This document shows positions 1 to 8,802 of a DNA stretch of 20,715 nucleotides, piece after piece. How positions within the stretch are numbered: the stretch's first letter is position 1; each line of letters begins with the position of its first letter. Position numbers and translations under genes: made by a program. Source of the DNA: Paraspadella gotoi (Eukaryota; Animalia; Chaetognatha). The notes beneath the pieces are model-generated. The model ran no database searches. It worked only from the letters and a program-made list of their open reading frames with translations, and was not told the DNA's origin. The DNA lies in contig JBJCIZ010000264.1 of NCBI GenBank assembly GCA_051294375.1, positions 1 through 20,715 on the forward strand. Direction: 5' to 3'.

Positions 1-480
1 ACAAGAGTGAGCGCGAAAAAGAGGGAAAGCGGAAAAGCGAAGGAGAAAGTTATTGAAAAAAGTTACGTAAGACGAGGAGAGTAAGGGAGTTTACGAGAGT
101 GGAAAAAAGAAGAGAAGAAAGCGTTAAAAGACACATTTGGAACAAAAAAAGAAGAATAAGCAAATTTTAAATCCCGAAACTTCTCATGAAGCGATCTCAT
201 TTACAGGACATGTGGAGATCTTGTCCTTTTTTTGTATATGATTAGAGCCAATGTTTGCGGAAGACTTTTCTTTTCACTTTGAAATTAAAAATTAAAAAAG
301 TAATATTAAAAAGGGGAGACGACGAAGAGGCGCGAAGAAAAATTAATTTGGGGAAAGACATTTTTCTTTGATAAAAAACCTTTTAAGAGTCTGTCTGTGT
401 TTGGAAAAAAGAAAACTTTTTTGAAAAGAATTTACTGTTTAGTTTAAAGTTGGCTGAGTTTTATGTAAAAAGAGGCTTCT
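1..480 (+). CDS. Putative 3' portion of a Lys/Glu-rich hypothetical protein (TAA read as sense); mirror copy is contiguous with the minus-strand CDS at 17547-19200
   Basis: Frame from 31 reads GKAKEKVIEKSYVRRGE*GSLREWKKEEKKALKDTFGTKKEE*ANFKSRNF with TAA at 82-84 and 157-159. The end is approximate: the TGA at 187-189 is not supported by the mirror arm. Confidence 0.35.
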
Positions 481-1269
481 TTTAGTATTTAATTATTTTT
501 ATGATTTAAAGTTTATGCTAAAATAAAAGAAAAAGTTTTTTTCCTTGTAAATTCAAAGCGATTATTTTATATTAAAACTACTGTAGATTTTAAACTAATT
601 GACAGAGCATATATAGCAATTATAAGGAAAGAATTGTTTTTTGGTATTGTTAATTTACAGGGATAGTATTTCTTTCGTAATATTATTCCATAATCTAACC
701 ATAAACTCCAAAGAAATTGAAAAGTTGAAAGTTTTCTCTAAACAATCATTCGAAATAAACAATATCTGTTCTCGGTTAATGTTTCTTCAATTTTTTGGTA
801 AATCGTGCGAAACGCCCTCTCATAAAAAGCTTGGCGCGATCGGAGGAACATGTCATTTTTCTTTCTTTTTATGGAAGCGGAATGGAGAGCGAGAGGGCCG
901 AAGATAGAACGGAGCATTGGGCATGGAAATCATCGCCTCACATCATTTACGTCAATGGGAAGAAGTAGAAATGGTCCAGTGGACGGCGAAATGAAAATCA
1001 CAAACGCGGAAGGGAGAAAAAAAATCACGATGCGAAAAAAAGTGAAGTTGTGAAGATTAAAGAGGCGAAGAAAAAAAAATCGGTGAAGACGGTGCATGTT
1101 CATATTTTATTGCTTATCGTAAAGAAAATTTTTAATAGTCCTTAAATAAAAACATACCCAATGTCTAAAAATTGAAACTTAATATAAGATAGAAGTAAAG
1201 AAGTTAAAGTATATAACATTATAGCAAAAAACAAAAACAACAGAAACAGCGTTTTTCGTTTCCCGGGGC

Positions 1270-1530
1270 GAATGACGCCTTCGCGTTCGTGGACAAAAAA
1301 CGTCTTTTGAGTGGCATTTCTCGTCACAACTTCACGCGAAACTGGCGTGAGGTCACGTGAGGCGCCCAGAATCTCGCGGCGAAGATCACGTGACGAATTG
1401 ACGCGAGGAATTGGCTCAGAGTTTTGTCGATGAAATGACGCTGAGTTGAGAGGGAATTTGGCAACGAAGAGTGTGGAGCTCTATTGACGCTAAGCAGTGT
1501 TGGAGCTCTATTGACGCTAGAGGGCGCTCT
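1270..1530. promoter_or_regulatory. CpG-rich cluster of E-box (TCACGTGA x2) and TGACGC (x5) motifs, possible regulatory region
   Basis: TCACGTGA at 1353-1360 and 1386-1393; TGACGC at 1273, 1399, 1436, 1485 and 1512, in an otherwise AT-rich neighbourhood. Function is inferred only. Confidence 0.3.
1470..1522. repeat. Tandem duplication of ~27 nt (AGTGT[T]GGAGCTCTATTGACGCTA)
   Basis: Two adjacent copies at 1470-1495 and 1496-1522; mirrored at ~15960-16017. Confidence 0.85.
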
Positions 1531-2488
1531 TATCAAAGCTGTATATTAGTAATAAGACGACAAAGCTTGACTCAGACGGAAAGAAATTAAGGTTATTTAC
1601 TTAAGTTTTTACAAACAAACAGCAAAGCCGTATACGTTAAAGTACAATGCGATAAAGCTTTGGAGTTAATTCCATTTCGCGCGCGTTCGTTTTCTTCCCT
1701 GGCGACGCCGCTTCGTCCTCTACGCGTCGAAGCGTTGATCGATGGCGTGCGCCAAAAAACGAAGTTCGTTTAAAGCGATGACTTTTGTTCGATTCAAAAC
1801 GAGTCGACGATGAAAGTTTGTTGAAAAAAAAATACAGAATCGAATTTAAAACAAAACAGACAGAAACTTTTATAAAATTATTGGAAACAAGAAACTTTTA
1901 CTAATTCTCATCTAACTCAATCTTGTATTCTATCTTTCCCATCTTTTCTGTATTTTAATCTTTCCCATTTGTACTCAATCTGCTACTCAAATCGTTACTT
2001 AATTTTAGAACCACATTTATCCCGAATCCTTCATATTTGCATTCCTTATCTTATTTCCTTCCTCGCCTTTGCGGCCCACTAAACTTTGCTTTATCTTTTA
2101 TTTTTTACCACTTTTTTAATTATTTACATCTTCCTTTCTTTACTTATTTCCCCTTTCCCAGAGCATCACGGTTGTTAAATTTTAACGCCCTCTCTGCCAA
2201 GTTAATTATTACTATCTTTCTTACGTCCTTTTTCCTCCCTTACTGAGTATATTCCATTTACCCCTACCCCTTATTTACAAGCGTCCCCTTTTGTCTTTAT
2301 TCCTTTTGACATCCCCCTTTTATCATTCACAGTCAATGTGGCTTTCAACTTTACAATTTTCTATATATATCTAAATATATACATTCCCCTCCCTCTCTCC
2401 TTATCTTACATTAACTTAGAACCCCCCTTCTAACCTCATTTACTCAGGCTCACCCCTTTCCACCCCTTTTTCTTTTACTTCGCACCTG

Positions 2489-2531
2489 CTCTCTCTCTCT
2501 CTCTACTTACTCTCTTTCTTCTGCTCTTTTT

Positions 2532-2606
<75 letters not shown>
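2489..2606. repeat. (CT)n microsatellite
   Basis: Imperfect CT dinucleotide run; mirror (GA)n at ~14846-14982. Confidence 0.95.
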
Positions 2607-2609
<3 letters not shown>

Positions 2610-2610
<1 letters not shown>

Positions 2611-3760
2611 CTTGATAAATAGGATGAGAAAAAACCCGGCGCAGACGATAGCGCCTCCATTACGGAACCATAATCGTAAATCATTTATTTTGCCCCACGC
2701 CTTCTTATGAGGGGACGGGGAGTGTCACTGAGCCTACTTGCGCAGTTGGCGGTTCAGAGGCGACTTGGAGTGGCTGTTAGGATTGCCACTTGGAGTGGTA
2801 GTCGTGAGGCTAACTGGGAGTGACGGTTTGAAGGGTGATTGGCATTGGCGTTTGGAAGCGACTACTAGAGTTGCGGTGAGTAGGCGACTGGTGAGTGCGG
2901 GCGGGGGGGCAATCAGTAGGCACTGGAGTGAGGTCCTCGGCAAGCGACTGGAGTAACGGGTCGCGAGTCACCCCAGAGGAAGTGGTTGCTCTCGGGTGTT
3001 TCTGCCCTCTTGAAAAAACATATTTGCTTAAGATTTTGAGAAGTTGCGAGAATTTTGAAGTTAAAAATGGCGACATTATTGAGAGAAGGTGTTAGAGCTT
3101 GAAAAGGGGTTGCGACCGAGGCAAAGTCTCTAGCGAAAAGAAAATAAGCGAATTTCAAAGCAGTGGCATTGGTGAGGGAGGTTGCGTGAGAGGACGCAGG
3201 TGGGTGTTGCGTGAAAGTAAGGCTATGATAAAATGGAAAAGAACAACCTTACCAGTTCGATTTGTAATTTAGCCCCCCTGGGCCCCTTTAGCAAAGGAGC
3301 ATTGGTCGGAATTTATTCATTCACAAGTGAGAATTACATCACAATTTTTCCGTTCCATCATAGTGCCGTTTCCTTCACATGTTCACTTGTCCATCCAATC
3401 TCGATTTTTCAAACTTCCTTCAGAAGAGCCGGTTCTATCGCCAAGTTCCAATTCCATCAACAAGTGCCAGTTCCTTCACATGTGTGCCAATTTATTTTAC
3501 ATTGATTGTTTCATCACAAATGGCCTGAACTATCACAAGATTCCGATTCCACACAATTTCGAATTCTTAACACAAGTCCGTTCCTCACGAGTGCCAGTTT
3601 CATCCCGCTTGTCTCTGACGGCTGCGAGGAGAGGACGCTCTCTCGGTTTTATTATTCAAGACTAAGAGTCTTTGGGTATGAAATATGAAACCAAAGTTAG
3701 AGAGAATTCAGAATGAAAAATGGAGAGAAAGGGGAAGACGTGACAAAAATATCGTGGAGG

Positions 3761-3805
<45 letters not shown>

Positions 3806-4500
3806 AGAGAGATGAGAGAGAGAGAGAGAGAGATGAGAGAGAGAAGAGAGAGAGAGAGAGAGAAAGGAAAGAAGAAAGGAGAAAAGAAATCTCATAAGGT
3901 TTAGAAAAACTAGGAATCTCGAACGGAAAAGTGAGAAGAAAGGAAAATATTGAAGACAGGTGAAAGAAAGAAAACAGCAGGTATCTGTTATATATATATA
4001 TTTTTATACTTTACGTATATAAATACATACATATATTTTTATATATATCTTTCTTTTACTTTGTTTAAAAACAGATGTTTCAAGTCATAAGGATGACTTC
4101 TTCATGCGGAGGCAGGTAAAAGAACGCGGTGTGTCGAGAAAATGAAAAAAGAGATGTTAGCAAAGTGACGATGATTATGATGATGAGATTAGGTCTATGA
4201 TTACCGAGGATTATAATTTTGCTGATGATGATCAAGATGACGATGATGATGTTTATAATGATCAAAGATGAAGCATGACGATTGCATTACGACAATGTCC
4301 GTATTTTCAAATAAATCGTATGTACATTCAAACATGAAGAATAATAATGATGATGATAATGATAATGATGATGATTAAGATGTTGATGATTATTTATTAT
4401 GGCGTAAAGATTAGGGCGGAGCGAGAGAGCGAGATCCTCAGACTGACCGAGCAGAAAGAAAGACACGGAACTTCTGCATTTTAGCTGGACAACACTTAAT
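2610..4500 (+). CDS. Putative multi-exon low-complexity hypothetical protein (ATGV repeats, QVPVPS repeats, RE tract, poly-Asp tract); frameshifted by read errors
   Basis: Reconstruction from both arms: ATGV repeats, then QVPVPS repeats, then SLGFIIQD*ESLDEILKTKKLERIRMKKGEKGEDVTKIMWEEERERE (TAA 3663-3665 read through), an intron at 3981-4074, and an Asp-rich exon. Boundaries are approximate. Mirror on minus at ~12900-14845. Confidence 0.45.
2750..2965. repeat. Degenerate ~24-27 nt tandem repeat with core GCGACTGGAGT (ATGV on +, TPVA on -)
   Basis: About 7 cores (e.g. ~2760, 2785, 2812, 2885, 2920, 2945); mirrored as ACTCCAGT cores at ~14505-14720. Confidence 0.75.
3320..3605. repeat. Degenerate 18-nt tandem repeat (TCACAAGTGCCAGTTCCT-like): SQVPVP on +, CEGTGT on -
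   Basis: Units such as caagtgccagttccttcacat (3461-3481), cgagtgccagtttcatcc and gagccggttctatcg; mirror at ~13850-14150. Confidence 0.8.
3760..3863. repeat. (GA)n microsatellite, apparently within a coding frame (RE dipeptide tract)
   Basis: GA run directly follows KKGEKGEDVTKI...; mirror (CT)n at ~13585-13685. Confidence 0.95.
3981..4074 (+). other. Candidate spliceosomal intron (94 nt)
   Basis: CAG|GTATCT ... TTTGTTTAAAAACAG|AT. The interior is extremely AT-rich, has a pyrimidine tract, and lies between purine-rich coding-like flanks. Both ends are conserved in the mirror (13358-13462). Confidence 0.7.
4168..4395 (+). repeat. (GAT/GAC/AAT)n triplet-rich tract encoding an Asp/Asn-rich acidic region
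   Basis: Runs of gatgat/gacgat/aatgat; mirror at ~13025-13265. Confidence 0.8.
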
Positions 4501-4516
4501 CTTTGCTGCAGAAGAG

Positions 4517-4659
<143 letters not shown>

Positions 4660-4662
<3 letters not shown>

Positions 4663-5575
4663 TTAAACAATCGTCGTAATGCACGGGTGATTATTTCCGG
4701 CGAATGACGGACTTCCTTTTCGTGGTTTGACCCACCTTTCGAGGAGACCAGGCTGAGTTTCTTCGTGGTCGCTAAAGGTCTTAGTGCATTCCAGGTGATC
4801 TGTTGATTCTCAGTGATTCTCGTTGAGTCAGCGACGCGCGAAATCGCGAAGTGAAGCGTGAACTTTGAGTTCCATTCCGTCGACCGCGAGAGAGGCGTTT
4901 TTAGCCGGCGGTGAGAGTCTCGCGGGCATCTTTGGGGAGATTCACGCCTTGTTGTATGCCAAACTTCCTTCTTCCTTTTCACATCTTCTCCTACTTCTCT
5001 TTTTGGTGCCAATGATCTCCATCCTTCTCACTGATCTTTGACCTTGCTGAGTCGGTTTATTTTTCGTCCCTCACTCTTCTCTAACAAACTCATTGCTTCG
5101 CAGTCCACTACTTGCCCTTGATTCTATACTAAACTTTACCTGAACAACGAAACATCTGCATCCTTAATCTCCTTCGCCCATTCTCTCTTTTTCTTCTCAA
5201 TCCCTCGGCCCCTTCAAAACTCTCTTTTCCAACTCCCTCAGCCCTAAAAGGCCTCTTCGCCCTTCTTAGCCTTTGCCATCAGAGAAGCGAGTGTCGCTTT
5301 TTGAAAGAGAGAGTTATGAGGTCGCTCGGGGGCGACAAAGCCATTCGAATGTTTTTGATGGAAACAAAAAAAACTGAGGGCAACTTGTTGATGTACACGA
5401 ATGAATGATTGTGCTTACTTGTTGATTCTTTTTCTTAAAGTTTTGTTCAGTTTTGTACAACTATGTACAGGCTTATGTGCAGCAAAACGCGGAGGGCAGC
5501 GCCCGTAGCTCACTTCTGGTAGCCCCAAAGAAAAACTTTTTTGTATCCATAACAAATATTCTCTCTTCTCTCATA
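4660..5575 (-). CDS. Putative charged hypothetical protein with in-frame TAA/TAG
   Basis: Minus-strand segments read LRKRINK*AQSFIRVHQQVALSF (TAA 5415-5417), S*LSLQKATLASLMAKAKKGEEAF (needs one indel) and EKKKREWAKEIKDADVSLFR*SLV*NQGQVVDCEAMSLLEKSEGRK (TAA 5136-5138, TAG 5124-5126). Mirror on + at ~11818-12750. Confidence 0.45.
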
Positions 5576-5669
5576 TTTTTTCCCTTTTTTTCTCTTTTTA
5601 TGACAAAATAATTTTTGTCTCTTCTGACAAAAATTCTTTAATTCTTCAAAAACAAATTAAAAAATAATA

Positions 5670-6898
5670 TAAGAGATGAGAAGATGATGAGAGAAAAGGC
5701 AAACAAGAAAATATGAAAAAAAGCAAAGAAAATACTGTAGGAGCGAAATTAAAAACAAGTTTACCCCGAAAAAAGTTTCGAATGACCCAAACAAACTTTC
5801 ACCAAAAGAAAACAATAAATGCTCTCGAGTAGTACCGCCCAAAAAGCAGCCCAAACCAAAATTTTTTTGAAAAAAGTGCCCACCAAAAATAAAAGAGCCC
5901 AACAGGAAATAGAAGCAGAAAATAGCCAGAATAGTTGGCGGCTGAAAAAAAAAGCTAAAATTATCTTGTAAGAGTGATGGAGGACTTTAAACCACCAAAG
6001 CCTGTCCAAAGTCAGGGCAAGATAGCTTATTATTAAAATGAATGGATACTTTTAAACAGGTCTGTACCAATTTCATAAATAGGGCCAATCAAAAACACAA
6101 AAAAAAAGGCCAACCAAAAAGGAAGAAAAAGAGGGCCAAACAAAAAGGAAAGAAAAAAAGAGGCCAACCAAAAAGGAAAGAAAAAGAGGCCAACCAAAAA
6201 GGAAAGAAAAAGAGGCCAACCAAAAATGGAGGAAGCGGAGCGTGCGTCTCGCGATGATGAGGACGCGAGGATCGAGATAAAAACAAAACACAAACAAAAA
6301 AATACAAAATGGTGACGGCGTGAGCGGACTCGTGAAAAACTGGATGGGAAAATTAGGGGGGTGGAAAGGAGTGAGGGAAAAGATGGGGTTCGGAAAATAG
6401 CAGAAAAATGTTGGAGAGAAGCTCATTTCAATATTTTCTGTTTTATTACTATTTTCATTTTTGAGAGAAAGGTGAGGAAATGATGGCAGACGCTGACAGA
6501 ATTTTTTTGAATCTAATTTCTATTCCCAAACGTCTTTGTATGAGTTTGAAACATTTTTTTAATCCAAGGTTATTAGTTTTTTATTTTTTTTAAGAGTTTG
6601 TGAATTTTCTTATTGTCATGGGTGAAAAACAAAAAACAATTCACATTCAGTTTTTTTCCGACCCAAAGACAATTGCAGTTTAATACTTCCGAATCGCAAT
6701 GCTTCGCAGCATCAACGGCGTCGTGGAAGAATAAAAAGTCAATTAATTAAAAGACGTTTCCTTCGCATCTCCCATTCCACACTGGCAACACATCCGCACA
6801 TCTTCGCAATATCATGTTTCCATATCCCGCCGATGCTGTGTCTTCTCGAGTATCATCGCTCAGAGCTTTAATCCTCTCCGTTTCTCTGGGATTTCATA

Positions 6899-6900
<2 letters not shown>
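5670..6900 (+). CDS. Putative Lys-rich hypothetical protein with a YLVRVxE...NEW block and a tandem repeat; probable short intron(s) near 6538-6594
   Basis: Contains YLVRVMEDFKPPKP (~5962), DTFKQVCTNFINR, a K-rich repeat, and FVNFLIVMGEKQKTIHIQFFSDPKTIAV*YFRIAMLRSINGVVEE*KVN*LKDVSF (6597 onward; TAA at 6681, 6732, 6744). Paralogous block at 18872-18996. Could be two genes. Mirror on minus at ~10455-11720. Confidence 0.45.
6083..6226. repeat. Tandem repeat, ~26-27 nt unit AGGCCAACCAAAAAGGAAAGAAAAAG, ~5 copies plus one degenerate
   Basis: GGCCAA cores at ~6084, 6108, 6134, 6162, 6188 and 6214; mirror at ~11144-11296. Units are directly adjacent with no unique spacers. Confidence 0.9.
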
Positions 6901-6942
<42 letters not shown>

Positions 6943-7339
6943 AATCTCGTCTTTGCCCACGTCTCCCATTTTTGCTCGGATATCATCGGCCCATAATATT
7001 TGCCACCATATTCCATCCTCTCTTTTCGACGTCTCTTATTTTCTTTTCTTTTCTTTTTCGATTTCTCTTATTTTCTTTTCTTCTTCTCTTTTTCCTTATT
7101 TGCCTCTTTTTTTTTTTTTGGGACCGCCTTCAAACTCAAATATTTTTTTTCTGTCAGTTCTCGACGTGGCGGATTTTTTCTTCTTTGCCCCTTTTAGCAT
7201 TTCTTAGTTATTATAATTCCTTTATTTATCCTAAGCGTCTTTCAAAGATTAGCTTCCATATCCTTCCCAATTTCTTATCTCTATTTCTTAAAAAAAAACT
7301 TCCTGTATTCGTGTTTGCTTATTAAACTTTACAATATGT

Positions 7340-7763
7340 ATAACAGTTACTCTGCTACACTAAATTAAGCCGCAACTGGCCGCTGAAGAATCAAGAAGCG
7401 AACCTCGGCAACCACCGTTGCTAAATCAGTTAATAAGTCAGGAGACCCTGACTCCTCGACAATTATCACGTTATTACAAGAATCTCTCGCCAATGGTAAG
7501 TTTGTGAGTTTGTTAATTTCTTTAACTCCAAGCTTTACTTTTGAAGAGAGAGAATGCAGAAAGCAAACGAGAAATTTCTCTGGTACGGAAGCGATGAGGA
7601 GGAGGAGGAGGCGGAGGAGGAGGATGTGCGCAGGAGGAGAGGGTGAGGGAAAGCTTTTCTGTTTTGCGTCTCTCGCAGGCAAAACAAAACAACAACGAAA
7701 AAGAAGAAGAGAGAGAACGATGAAAAATAAGAGACAGAGAGAGAGAGAGAGTGTGAGAGAAGA

Positions 7764-7817
<54 letters not shown>

Positions 7818-7900
7818 AGAGAGAGTAGCGGGAGCAAATGAGAATGAGATAAAAGCAATATCAAGAAAAAGATAGCGATTTGTTAATTGACAAGAGGCAA
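7340..7900 (+). CDS. Putative acidic/charged hypothetical protein with a short intron
   Basis: Reads IKPQLAAEESRSEPRQPPLLNQLISQETLTPRQLSRYYKNLSPM, then GTAAGT...CAAG, then a (GAG)n poly-Glu tract and an RE tract. Mirror on minus at ~9430-9990. Confidence 0.35.
7496..7532 (+). other. Candidate short spliceosomal intron (37 nt)
   Basis: GTAAGTTTGTGAGTTTGTTAATTTCTTTAACTCCAAG: canonical GTAAGT donor, T-rich body, AG acceptor; donor and acceptor are preserved in the mirror arm. Confidence 0.5.
7730..7825. repeat. (GA)n microsatellite
   Basis: GA run; mirror at ~9500-9590. Confidence 0.95.
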
Positions 7901-8511
7901 AAGGCACACCAAGAAAACATAGGGGGCGGGGGAGAGCAGAGAAGAAAAAATGCTAAACACAACGTGTAAAAAAATATTTGGAATTGGATTTCATGAGCGA
8001 CTTCAATTCTTTTTTTAAATATTCATCCATACTGAATCTTTGCCTTTTTGATTCCGCCAAAAATAACAAAAAAATTATCTTTGGAGATAAAAAACACGAA
8101 TACTTCGTCTGACTTTTAATTCCTTTAAATCTAATCATCAAATTTTTCTCTTTTTTATTTGGTTGGCTCGCGAAGGAGTACCGGTAAAGCTTGCTATATT
8201 AAGTTTTATAGTAACTACTACTATATGCAAATGAGATTTAAGTATGTATTATTATGCATGACAAAAGTTTTTATTTAGAGAATGAGAAGGAAGAATAGAA
8301 AAAAGTAATTTTTAATTTTAATTAATTTAATTGGAAATAAGAAGCATGGAAGGGATGGAGAAAAAAAGAAAGAGAGAAGAGAAAAAAGAAAGAGAGAGAC
8401 AGAGGAAGAGAGAGCAGAGAGAGAAAGAAAGAGAGGACCTCCAGAAAGACAAGGATCTCTTTCTTAGAGGCGCAGGCGAAGAGCGACGCCAAGGACGCGG
8501 AAGGTCTCTCC

Positions 8512-8512
<1 letters not shown>

Positions 8513-8563
<51 letters not shown>

Positions 8564-8565
8564 CT

Positions 8566-8596
<31 letters not shown>

Positions 8597-8740
8597 TTTT
8601 CTCTCTTCTACTCTCCGCTCCAGGAACCCAATCCTCATTCTAATGGTCCTTAATGTGAATTCGCTTTTGGAGGCGGGGGAGAAAGAATAGAGGCGAAAGA
8701 GAGGAGAGAAAAAGAGAGAGAGAGATGGAGAGCAGAGAGA

Positions 8741-8801
<61 letters not shown>
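8513..8801. repeat. (CT)n / (GA)n tracts flanking the fold-back centre (~8647)
   Basis: CT run 8513-8600, a poorly symmetric ~100 nt core centred on TAATGG-T-CCTTAATG, then GA run ~8700-8801. Confidence 0.9.

Positions 8802-8802
<1 letters not shown>

Noticed and set aside
3400-3500. CxGxG pattern (minus strand) as a DnaJ zinc finger
   Set aside because: It lacks the CxxCxGxG spacing; Cys recurs every six residues and no J-domain (HPD motif) was seen nearby.
6083-6226. Regularly spaced GGCCAACCAAAAAGG repeats as a CRISPR array
   Set aside because: Units are contiguous with no unique spacers, there are no cas genes, and the context is eukaryotic.
8701-8726. GAGGAGAGAAAAAGAGAGAGAGAGAT resembling the 3' half of a PacBio SMRTbell adapter
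   Set aside because: The (AAC)n half is absent and the stretch mirrors the CT tract on the left arm, so it is explained by the microsatellite. It does not prove an adapter.
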